This document shows, piece after piece, positions 7,355-14,301 of a DNA stretch of 40,943 bases. The stretch's first letter is position 1. Each line of letters opens with the position of its first letter. This DNA is from a virus: the IMG/VR virus record IMGVR_UViG_3300037445_000039, positions 1 to 40,943 of that record. One strand, given 5' to 3'. The position numbers and the translations under genes are program-made. The notes below the pieces were generated by a model. That model was not told where the DNA came from. It saw only the letters and a program-made list of their open reading frames with translations, and ran no database searches.

Positions 7355-8025
7355 TGGCCTTCGTCATCACCGACATCGAGACGGCGCCGCTGCAGGACGT
7401 GGATGTGTGGCTGCCTGAATTCAAGCCGGCCGGCAACATCAAGGACGCGGAGAAACGCGCGGCCAACGTCGCCGAGAAGCGCGAGAAAGCGATCAGCGAG
7501 GCGGCTCTCGATGCGGACCTCTGCCGAATCGTGGCACTCGGCGCATGGTGGCCAGATGATCCGCACCCCACGATCTACCTCTGTGGCACTGAGGACGAGG
7601 AACGCGAAGCGCTGCGTGAATTCTGGGAGATCTGGACGCTCGAAAAGCGTCGGAACCTCAATCTCCAGTTAACGGGATACAACGTCCTATCTTTCGACAT
7701 CGTCGTGATGCTCCGTCGCTCGCTCTATCTCGGCGTGAAGGCTCCCGTGTTGCACCGCGGCCGCTATCGCCATGATGACGTGTGCGATCTCTGGTCGCTG
7801 CTGTCGGAAGACGGCACGCTGCCGTGGCGCACGCTGTCTTACTACCACAAGCGTCTCGGCTGTCCGCCTGTCGCTGACACCATCACGGGGGCCGACGTTC
7901 CGGCCTGTGTGGCCCGCGGGGAGTGGGACAAGGTCAGAGCTCACCTGCTGGCCGATCTCGTTCGCACGAGGGACGTGGCGCGGCGTATGGGAGTGCTCGC
8001 ACAGGAGACGGTCCATGCCGCATGA
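7354..8025 (+). CDS. DEDD (DnaQ/PolB-exo-like) 3'-5' exonuclease
   Basis: 223 aa. FVITDIETAP (Exo I) and GYNVLSFDIVVMLRRSL (Exo II). TAATG overlap with bet. Confidence 0.75.
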   Translation: MAFVITDIETAPLQDVDVWLPEFKPAGNIKDAEKRAANVAEKREKAISEAALDADLCRIVALGAWWPDDPHPTIYLCGTEDEEREALREFWEIWTLEKRRNLNLQLTGYNVLSFDIVVMLRRSLYLGVKAPVLHRGRYRHDDVCDLWSLLSEDGTLPWRTLSYYHKRLGCPPVADTITGADVPACVARGEWDKVRAHLLADLVRTRDVARRMGVLAQETVHAA

Positions 8026-8287
8026 AACGCCGTATACGGTCTGCACGCCCAGCGGCCAGGAGCTGGCTCGCTTCGCGCTCTCGATGCACGTGCCGGTCTT
8101 TTGCGCGCAGGTACTGGAGGCCTATGGGGAGCTGCGGCTGCACTGTGCGTGCAATTGGTTGGAGGCCGCGAGCGTGTGTGCGGACGAGGGCGAGATGGAC
8201 TTCGTGATCACGGCGGGTGTGTTCGGCGAGCCGTGCTTCACGCGCGTCCTGACGTCCGCGGCGACGCCCGCGCACCATCCGGTGTAG
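8015..8287 (+). CDS. Cys-rich hypothetical protein (90 aa)
   Basis: AGGAG lies 7 nt upstream. 11-nt overlap with the exonuclease gene. Confidence 0.6.
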   Translation: MPHETPYTVCTPSGQELARFALSMHVPVFCAQVLEAYGELRLHCACNWLEAASVCADEGEMDFVITAGVFGEPCFTRVLTSAATPAHHPV

Positions 8288-8290
8288 GCG

Positions 8291-8497
8291 ATGGCCATCG
8301 ACGCGTCCACGTTTCAGTTCGGCAGCGTCCTGGTGACGGTGCAGCGGTTCAGCAGCGGCGCGGTAAACGTGCGCCTCACGGATAGCGAAGGCAAGCACGG
8401 CGGCTGGTCGATGCACGACCCGGAGGCGGCGAAGGAGTTCCTCGCGGAGTTGTGTCGGCTGACGCTGGGCCAGCAGCACGGACGGTTTGAGTTTTGA
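8291..8497 (+). CDS. Hypothetical protein (68 aa)
   Basis: Compact ORF in the operon frame pattern. Confidence 0.6.
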   Translation: MAIDASTFQFGSVLVTVQRFSSGAVNVRLTDSEGKHGGWSMHDPEAAKEFLAELCRLTLGQQHGRFEF

Positions 8498-8537
8498 GTG
8501 TGAGCTTCTTCGGTCGCGACATGAACGAGGACGAATC

Positions 8538-8718
8538 CGGCGCAAGAGTCGCGTGGAGTAGGCCGGCGGGAGTGCTGACGCGGAAAGGGCGGCGCGAGAA
8601 AGCCTGGGGCCAGTAGAGCACAGAACGGCTTGACAGGGCGGAGAGACGCCCATCGCCAGCGCTGAGTGACCGGCGCGATACAAAGCGGGTCACGGTTCGC
8701 CGTTCCCTCACGGCGCGA
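8538..8718 (+). repeat. Iteron-like repeats: CGGCGCGA at 8590, 8671 and 8711, plus CGGCGCAA at 8538
   Basis: Three exact 8-mers are each followed by an A-rich tail (GAAAG, TACAAAG, CAAGG). About 0.04 copies are expected by chance in 600 bp at this composition. Confidence 0.6.
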
Positions 8719-9026
8719 CAAGGGCGGGCCTCTTCCAGGCCCGTGCCGGTCCGACTAAGGGGCAGACAGGATTGGTGGCTTGTGTGCGGGTGCAATTCCC
8801 GCACGCGCGGCGTGAGACCCCGCGCTCCTCCCCGGCGACGCACAGTCAAGAACGCACCAGCGGGCCTGCTACGGCCGCCCGCCTCGCGAGAAGCCCCTAA
8901 CGCTGCGGGGCAGTCGGCAAGAAAGCAGCGGGTATACGTGACCCATCGTCTCACCCGGGGCCTCCGTGGCGCCGCCTTTTGCGCAGGGCTTTTGCGCGAA
9001 CAGGGAATATGCGAAAAGCCACGCTT

Positions 9027-9096
9027 GTACGGTTTTCTGATCTGTACAGAGTTCAAGTACGGAGCGAAGTACACACCATCGGTACTCGTGAGGTAC
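9027..9096. repeat. Six phased GTAC motifs immediately upstream of ORF 9105
   Basis: GTAC at 9027, 9044, 9057, 9069, 9082 and 9093, with spacings of 17, 13, 12, 13 and 11 bp. About 0.2 copies are expected by chance. Confidence 0.6.
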
Positions 9097-9104
9097 AGGC
9101 GGGC

Positions 9105-9488
9105 ATGCCGGAGACACGACGGGAGCGCGATGCAGTCCTCGAGGCACGGTTCGAACGGTTCTGGGCCGCGTATCCCCGGAAGGACGCCAAGTTCCGCGCC
9201 CTTGCGGTCTGGCGGTGGTTAGCGCCAAGCGAGGATCTGCTTGGCCGCATGTTGAGGACACTCGAATGGCAACGCCGGGATCGCCAGTGGCTGGAAGACG
9301 GGGGGTATTGGGTGCCGTACGCGAGGGCGTGGCTCGCGGGACGCCGCTGGGAGGACGAACCGTTCGAGCCGCAGAGCGCGATGGCGCGGCGATCGCCCGG
9401 CCCCCAGACGCGCACGCAGCGCGTCGAGGCACGCAATCAGGAGACGCTGCGGCGGTTCCTGGCCCGCGAACGTGGCGAGGAGCCGTAG
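9105..9488 (+). CDS. Conserved phage protein with an FERFWAAYPRK motif, possibly replication-associated
   Basis: 127 aa from the ATG at 9105. The upstream part of the track ORF lies in the non-coding gap. Confidence 0.6.
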   Translation: MPETRRERDAVLEARFERFWAAYPRKDAKFRALAVWRWLAPSEDLLGRMLRTLEWQRRDRQWLEDGGYWVPYARAWLAGRRWEDEPFEPQSAMARRSPGPQTRTQRVEARNQETLRRFLARERGEEP

Positions 9489-9493
9489 CGGCG

Positions 9494-9769
9494 ATGTTGA
9501 CGGGGCTGGCGGCGGCCAAGAACGAAGATCTCGGCGAGGTGCGGCTCACGGCCTACGTCGAGGCGCTGGGCGGCCTGGAGCTCGATGCGGTGCGTCTGGG
9601 GTGCCAGCGGGCCTTACGGGAGAGCACGTTCTTTCCGCAGGCCAGCGAGTTGTATCAGTGGGCGTCGTGGGAGTGGGGGCGGCGGTGGCGCGAGCGGTGT
9701 CCGCATCACCCCACGTGCGGCACGCCGACGCGATGTGAGTTGGAACGAGAAAGGGAGCGGCGAAGATGA
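9494..9769 (+). CDS. Small protein resembling phage helicase-loader (G39P-like) N-domains (weak call)
   Basis: 91 aa. VRLTAYVEAL...AVRLGCQRALRESTFFPQASEL. Confidence 0.55.
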   Translation: MLTGLAAAKNEDLGEVRLTAYVEALGGLELDAVRLGCQRALRESTFFPQASELYQWASWEWGRRWRERCPHHPTCGTPTRCELERERERRR

Positions 9770-10065
9770 AGATCTACTGCTTTTGCAATACCCCGCCGAA
9801 TCGCGACGAATGGTATGTGGTCATGGCGATCGCCGAAGACGGTCACTGCTTGGCGTCGCATGTCTGTAGCGGCCCGGCGTTCTTCAAGGGCGATATCGGC
9901 TTCGATGAAGACAATGATTGGAGTGGCAAGCGCGAGCTTTTCGAGGCGCATTGTCCGGATGGATTCGAGTGCGAATGGGTGGACAATCCGCGCGCGCACG
10001 AAGGGCTCGCTGCGGCCTTCGCGAAGAATCAACAGCTTCCAAAGAATCAGCCGGCCAACGCGTGA
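9766..10065 (+). CDS. Cys-rich hypothetical protein (99 aa)
   Basis: GGGAG lies 8 nt upstream. ATGA coupling. Confidence 0.65.
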   Translation: MKIYCFCNTPPNRDEWYVVMAIAEDGHCLASHVCSGPAFFKGDIGFDEDNDWSGKRELFEAHCPDGFECEWVDNPRAHEGLAAAFAKNQQLPKNQPANA

Positions 10066-10472
10066 CCTTCCATCTGTCCTGCGTGCCGCCGACCTCATCG
10101 CATCATGCGAAGACGATCGTGCGTGTGCGCGGCTTCGCACGGATGGCGGACAAGCCGGCGCTGGTCGCGGCCAAAGAGATGCTCGACGTGCTGCTGTTGC
10201 CGCATCGGCCGGCAGCGCCGCTCGAAGGGCCACTGACGCTGGCGCTCACGTTCACATGGCCGTGGGCCAAGAGCGCGACGAAGAAGCTGCGGGCGCTGGG
10301 GCGGGCCCCACGGGCCTCGCGGCCCGATGCGTCAAATCTCGCAAAAACGACTGAAGATAGGCTGGTCGCCATGCGGTTCTTGCAGGATGACGGGCAGGTG
10401 GTGCGGCTGGTGGTCGAGAAGTACTGGGGCGACGAGGCCGGCATCACGGTGTCGATCGAGCCGTGGCGGTAG
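10062..10472 (+). CDS. rusA: RusA-family Holliday junction resolvase
   Basis: GTG start overlapping the upstream stop codon. RPDASNLAKTTEDRLVAMRFLQDDGQVV...GITVSI is a RusA signature. Confidence 0.85.
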   Translation: MTFHLSCVPPTSSHHAKTIVRVRGFARMADKPALVAAKEMLDVLLLPHRPAAPLEGPLTLALTFTWPWAKSATKKLRALGRAPRASRPDASNLAKTTEDRLVAMRFLQDDGQVVRLVVEKYWGDEAGITVSIEPWR

Positions 10473-10506
10473 TGGAGAGCGCCGAGCAGGCGCTGGAGGC
10501 GATGCG

Positions 10507-10896
10507 ATGAGTGATATTCAAACACTGCGACCGACGCACGTGGAGCTTCTCACCGAGATTGAACGGCTCAAGGGAGAGTTGGAACGCGAGCAGATTCGGC
10601 TGGCAGCATGCACCGCGGCCGCCCTGGGCAACACCGAGAGCGCCTGCGCGCAGCGGTTGGCACCTGACCACCCGTACTACTCCGCGAGCTACGGCGATGT
10701 GTGCCGGGCTGTCGATCGAGAGATGGCTTACCGCGAGGAACTGGAGATGCGAGTGCGTGAGGCGTGGGAGGCCGGCTTCGCGCTCTGCCGGTCCTACGGC
10801 GACAACCATGCGCACTTCGAAGGCGAGCAGAAAGAGCGCAAGTGGCGCCTGTTCCTGGATCAGCGACCATGCACACCTACGAAGTCGGCCCCCTGA
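10507..10896 (+). CDS. Hypothetical coiled-coil protein (129 aa)
   Basis: Starts MSDIQTLRPTHVELLTEIERLKGELE. Confidence 0.6.
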   Translation: MSDIQTLRPTHVELLTEIERLKGELEREQIRLAACTAAALGNTESACAQRLAPDHPYYSASYGDVCRAVDREMAYREELEMRVREAWEAGFALCRSYGDNHAHFEGEQKERKWRLFLDQRPCTPTKSAP

Positions 10897-11090
10897 GGCG
10901 CGCGGTGCGGGGGTGGGCGCGGGCGAAGCGTCTGGCGCAGACCGAGGCGGTGGCGCGGGACGTGGCGGTGAGCATCTGGACGGTGACCCGCCGGGGGACG
11001 GTGCGCACGCTGACGGTGACGGTGTTCCCCGATGGCAGTGTGGCGCGGCCCCCGGTGCTGCATCGGACGCCGCGGGGGTTTGGGCTGTAA
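10869..11090 (+). CDS. Hypothetical protein (73 aa) in a G-skewed segment
   Basis: ATG at 10869. 28-nt overlap with the preceding gene. Confidence 0.45.
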   Translation: MHTYEVGPLRRAVRGWARAKRLAQTEAVARDVAVSIWTVTRRGTVRTLTVTVFPDGSVARPPVLHRTPRGFGL

Positions 11091-11114
11091 TGCAGACGAG
11101 AGGAGAATAGGCGA

Positions 11115-11624
11115 ATGGCGGAGAACATCGAGCACGTCGTGAATCGAAACGGGTGGCCTGCGGGGCCGTGGGATGCGGAGCCTGAGAATCGCGTGGAGTG
11201 GCGCCACGAGGGCGTGCCTTGCCTGTTGGTACGCCATCCGCACCATGGCCACTGGTGCGGGTATGCCGCCGTTGAGCCGGGGCATCCGTGGCACGGCAAG
11301 GGCTACGACGATGTGCCGGTCGATGTCCACGGTGGTCTGACGTATGCGGACAAGTGCGGTGCCATTCCGGCGGTCTGCCATCTGCCCCAGCCCGGCGAGC
11401 CGGATGATGTGTGGTGGCTCGGGTTTGACTGCGCCCATGCGTACGACCTGTCGCCCGGCACGCAGCGGTATGGCGCTGTGTCAGACGTCTATCGTGACCG
11501 GCGCTATGTGCAGCAGCAGACGGAGGCGCTCGCCGACCAAGTGATTGCGATGCGCACGCTCGCCGCTGCGTCAATTGACACTGATCGTGGAGAGGTGCAG
11601 ACTACAGCGGTCCGGCTTGAGTGA
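11115..11624 (+). CDS. Conserved phage protein (WCGYAAV..HPWHG...VHGGLTY...WWLGFDCAH motifs), function unknown
   Basis: 169 aa. AGGAG upstream. Confidence 0.75.
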   Translation: MAENIEHVVNRNGWPAGPWDAEPENRVEWRHEGVPCLLVRHPHHGHWCGYAAVEPGHPWHGKGYDDVPVDVHGGLTYADKCGAIPAVCHLPQPGEPDDVWWLGFDCAHAYDLSPGTQRYGAVSDVYRDRRYVQQQTEALADQVIAMRTLAAASIDTDRGEVQTTAVRLE

Positions 11625-12085
11625 GCCGTGCCGCGCCCTGCGTTGTGTAGCGGGGTCGCGTCCCGCATCCGCATCTCCACGAGGCAATGCGGGTGCGTTG
11701 AAGCGGCTGGAGTGTCGTGCGGATGGCGTTTTTGCCCTCAGGGTGACTCGCCGGGGCCGCAAGGACGCCAGCCACTTGAGCGCACCTGTAGGCTCCTGCG
11801 GGCTACACGGTCCCCGCGCGCGTCGCTTCGGTTCCCCGCGCTGCGGGCCGCACGGACCACACCGATCAGCTGAGACAGACCTCATGAGTGCGCACTTAGA
11901 TCACATTGGACGGCGGCTCCTGCGCTCCGCCCGTAAAGACCGGCAGTGTTGGTGCCGACGTCATCCACTGAGGCGGCGCCCACCACTCAGCAGGTTCTAC
12001 GTGCGCTGGCAAACTCATGGAAACATCGCAACAGTGGCAATAGCAGAGGGTTATGTCACTCGGAGGGAACCTACGGAGGGTGGAC

Positions 12086-12289
12086 ATGCCTGAGTCTTCT
12101 CCCAACACGGCCCGTTCTACAGGAGCGCAGGCCACAGACCGCACGTATACGGCTGACGAGGTGCGCGAACTGATGGCCGCTGCGTGGTTCGAAGGGCGCG
12201 CGGCCGCGGCTGACATCGGGGAGCTGCTTCGCCGGTGTGACCGCGATGTGGATGGCATCCTCGCCGCGCACGAGGGCGACCGTGGCTGA
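12086..12289 (+). CDS. Hypothetical protein (67 aa), first gene after the second large gap
   Basis: GGAGGG lies 6 nt upstream of the ATG at 12086. Confidence 0.65.
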   Translation: MPESSPNTARSTGAQATDRTYTADEVRELMAAAWFEGRAAAADIGELLRRCDRDVDGILAAHEGDRG

Positions 12290-12749
12290 CGACCAGCCCC
12301 GCATCGAACGCGCCAAGCCGGTCGGCCGCCCGCCCCTCACCCTCCCCGACCGCCTCACCGTCCACGCGCTCCACGCCCGCGGCTACAGCGATGCGCAGAT
12401 CGCTCGCGCCCTCAACCTCCAGCCGTCCCAGTGCCGTAGCGCCCTGGACGACGCCCGCGCCGTGCTCGAAGCCAGCGCCGTCGCCCTCGTCACCGACTAC
12501 CTCACCGCCTCCGATATCGCCGCCAGAAAGGGCGACCACCGCCCCGCCCGCGATATGCTCGACCGCCTCCACGTCACCGAGCCTACCCCCGTCGAACAGA
12601 CCACCGTGGGCATCGCCGTCCAAATCAGCGGCTTCACCCTGCCAGGCCTCCCCGTGCAGCTCCAGAACAGCCAGCTGCCGCAGGGCGCACCAGCCCCAGC
12701 CATCGACGTGGTCGCAACCAACGCGCGCAGTACGGAGACCAACGAATGA
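12282..12749 (+). CDS. HTH protein, candidate terminase small subunit (or late regulator)
   Basis: GTG start overlapping the upstream stop codon. GRPPLTLPDRLTVHALHARGYSDAQIARALN is an HTH motif. ...ARKGDHRPARDMLDRL resembles TerS helical cores. Confidence 0.6.
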   Translation: MADDQPRIERAKPVGRPPLTLPDRLTVHALHARGYSDAQIARALNLQPSQCRSALDDARAVLEASAVALVTDYLTASDIAARKGDHRPARDMLDRLHVTEPTPVEQTTVGIAVQISGFTLPGLPVQLQNSQLPQGAPAPAIDVVATNARSTETNE

Positions 12750-13105
12750 AGCGACCGCGAACGCTGAGCGCACGGTGGTCCAAAGCACGCGAGCATGGTG
12801 TCAGCCGCATCAATGGTCAACAAGGCGACATCCTTTACGAATGGGGCGATGGCGTGGGTCATGCCGATGGTCACCTTCTGCACTACGCCCTTGGCTGTGA
12901 ACGCATGCGGCTCGCCTCCAGCGCCGAACAGGCCGCTTCGGGACTCGTATGGGACTTCGCCCCGAGCTTCTTGCAGGAGCTGCACGACCGCGGCTATGAC
13001 CTCACCACGCTCAGGTTCAGCATCCAGAAGCGGCAGTCTGTAACTGCAACAGATACTGATTCAAGGCCCGCCTCCCCGAGCGCTCCCCATGCCCACTCCG
13101 ACTAA
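12746..13105 (+). CDS. Hypothetical protein (119 aa), reduced third-position GC
   Basis: ATGA coupling. GGAGA lies 8 nt upstream. GC3 is about 68% against about 90% in core genes. Confidence 0.6.
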   Translation: MKRPRTLSARWSKAREHGVSRINGQQGDILYEWGDGVGHADGHLLHYALGCERMRLASSAEQAASGLVWDFAPSFLQELHDRGYDLTTLRFSIQKRQSVTATDTDSRPASPSAPHAHSD

Positions 13106-13334
13106 CTGCCGTCGCGTTACAGTCTGGCGGCCTGTCGTGACCTCTGTGCGCAGGGCTGAGCCACGGCTGGTAATCGAGGAGCCGCTGGACGATAGCCCGA
13201 CACCTTCGCCAGCGAAACCGCAGGCTCCAAGCGAAACACAGCCGGAACAGGCCGAATCACCCCTCGGGTCGCATAAGACACGTTATGTTAACTCACAAGA
13301 TGCAGGCAAGTGCTGATGCTGCAACAGCTTAGCG

Positions 13335-13363
13335 ATGACACATACACCAACGCTGGTTATGTT
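13335..13363 (+). promoter_or_regulatory. Candidate sigma70-type promoter: ATGACA, 17-nt spacer, TATGTT
   Basis: Lies in a low-GC (about 47%) island. The -10 element sits inside the repeated motif GGTTATGTTAACT. Confidence 0.4.
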
Positions 13364-13464
13364 AACTGTGTCGGTGGTTCGACAATGCGCAGAGATGCGC
13401 GGGAGTGGCGAGCCCCGATCGCCCAGCGCCAGCCGAAGGGGCCAGGCCGGCGCGCGACCCGGAC

Positions 13465-13515
13465 CAGGGGCCCCGGCCCTCGAGCACGGGCCCGGAGTGC
13501 CTGTAATTTTTTGTT
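13465..13515 (+). terminator. Candidate intrinsic terminator: long imperfect GC hairpin followed by TAATTTTTTGTT
   Basis: CAGG..CCGGCCC / GGGCCCGG..CCTG pair with about 11 bp, followed by a run of six T at 13507-13512. Confidence 0.45.
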
Positions 13516-13556
13516 CTACACAGAGACAGTCAGCTAGCTGAGCTATAGGAGAGCCC

Positions 13557-14030
13557 ATGATTCGTATCGCCCCGAGTCCGACTGCCGATACCCGCACCTG
13601 TGATTTCACGAAGGTCACGAAGGAAACGCTGCTGGCAAGTTCTGAGCAGCACATCCGTGATGTCCGTGCCGCGCTGCAGTGGTTCGGCGCGGAACTGCAC
13701 AAGGCGGCTAGGAATCACGATCCCGACAAGATCACGGACATCGACGGCTTCCACCGCGACTTTGTGACGGGGTTCACGCGCACGGAATGGTGGGACGCGC
13801 ATCGTAAGCTGAACCGCCATCATCTGCAGCAGGGGGATGGCATCCCGGCTGATGTAAACCTCATCGACGTGCTCGACTTCATCGCCGACTGTGTGATGGC
13901 GGGCATGGCGCGCAGCGGCAGCGTCTACCCGCTTGCGCTCCCGCCCGAGTTGCTGGAGCGCGCGTTCCAGAACACCGTTGAAATGCTCAAGGCGCAGGTG
14001 GTGGTGGAACGTGAGTCGGTCACGGCCTGA
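13557..14030 (+). CDS. Conserved phage protein with an HDxxK motif (DUF5662-like, recalled from memory)
   Basis: 157 aa. AGGAG upstream. NHDPDKI...W.AHRKLNRHH...LIDVLDFIADCV. Confidence 0.75.
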   Translation: MIRIAPSPTADTRTCDFTKVTKETLLASSEQHIRDVRAALQWFGAELHKAARNHDPDKITDIDGFHRDFVTGFTRTEWWDAHRKLNRHHLQQGDGIPADVNLIDVLDFIADCVMAGMARSGSVYPLALPPELLERAFQNTVEMLKAQVVVERESVTA

Positions 14031-14296
14031 TGCCCCTGACGCCTGGGCGGGTGGATCGGCGGGTGGCGGTGACGCGGAGTGTGGCGCTGGAGCCGGAGGC
14101 GGGGCGCGAGGTGGTGGCGACGCGGACGGGGCTGGTGCTGGTGACGCGGGAGGCGCGGTGGACGTGGTATCGGTGGATGCTGGCGGGGGAGCTGTGGTCG
14201 GTGGTGGTGGAGCGGCCGCGGACGCAGGCGCAGGCGCAGCGGGAGGGGGCGCGGCTGTATCGGGCGGCCCGGGAGCGGTGGAGACAACGCCGGTAG
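14030..14296 (+). CDS. Hypothetical Arg/Val/Trp-rich protein in an extremely G-skewed segment
   Basis: ATGA coupling. The alternative frames give only Gly/Ala or Pro low-complexity products. Confidence 0.5.
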   Translation: MPLTPGRVDRRVAVTRSVALEPEAGREVVATRTGLVLVTREARWTWYRWMLAGELWSVVVERPRTQAQAQREGARLYRAARERWRQRR

Positions 14297-14301
14297 GGGC
14301 C

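Noticed and set aside
8560-8830. Resemblance to RNase P RNA (ACAGAACGGCTTGA compared with ACAGAACCCGGCUUA, and GGAAAG) and to the tmRNA 3' end (GACTAAG followed by a T-arm-like hairpin).
   Set aside because: The RNase P-like blocks are only 35 nt apart instead of about 250 nt. The other universally conserved regions are absent. The hairpin loop is TGCAATT rather than TTCRANY. There is no acceptor pairing, CCA or tag reading frame.
8636-8930. Treating the number of 5-6 bp GC hairpins alone as proof of a structured RNA.
   Set aside because: A rough estimate gives about 4 such stems by chance in 600 bp at this GC content. The hairpins are reported only as context for the iterons.
8376-9074. 232-aa minus-strand ORF spanning the first large gap (also 7934..8683 and 8314..8721).
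   Set aside because: The product is Arg/Ser/Pro-rich junk. It overlaps real + strand genes at its 3' end, has no SD and has no recognisable motif.
11545-12093. 182-aa + strand ORF and the 81-aa ORF 11628..11873 in the second gap.
   Set aside because: GC3 is about 73% against about 90% in real genes. The products are Arg/Cys-rich and low in complexity, and there is no SD. A small Cys-rich protein cannot be fully excluded.
13089-13316. 75-aa ORF and the overlapping ORFs 13310..13537 and 13335..13541.
   Set aside because: GC3 is about 59%. There is no SD. The products are Pro/Arg/Gly-rich, and the ORFs read straight through the predicted hairpins and the T-run.
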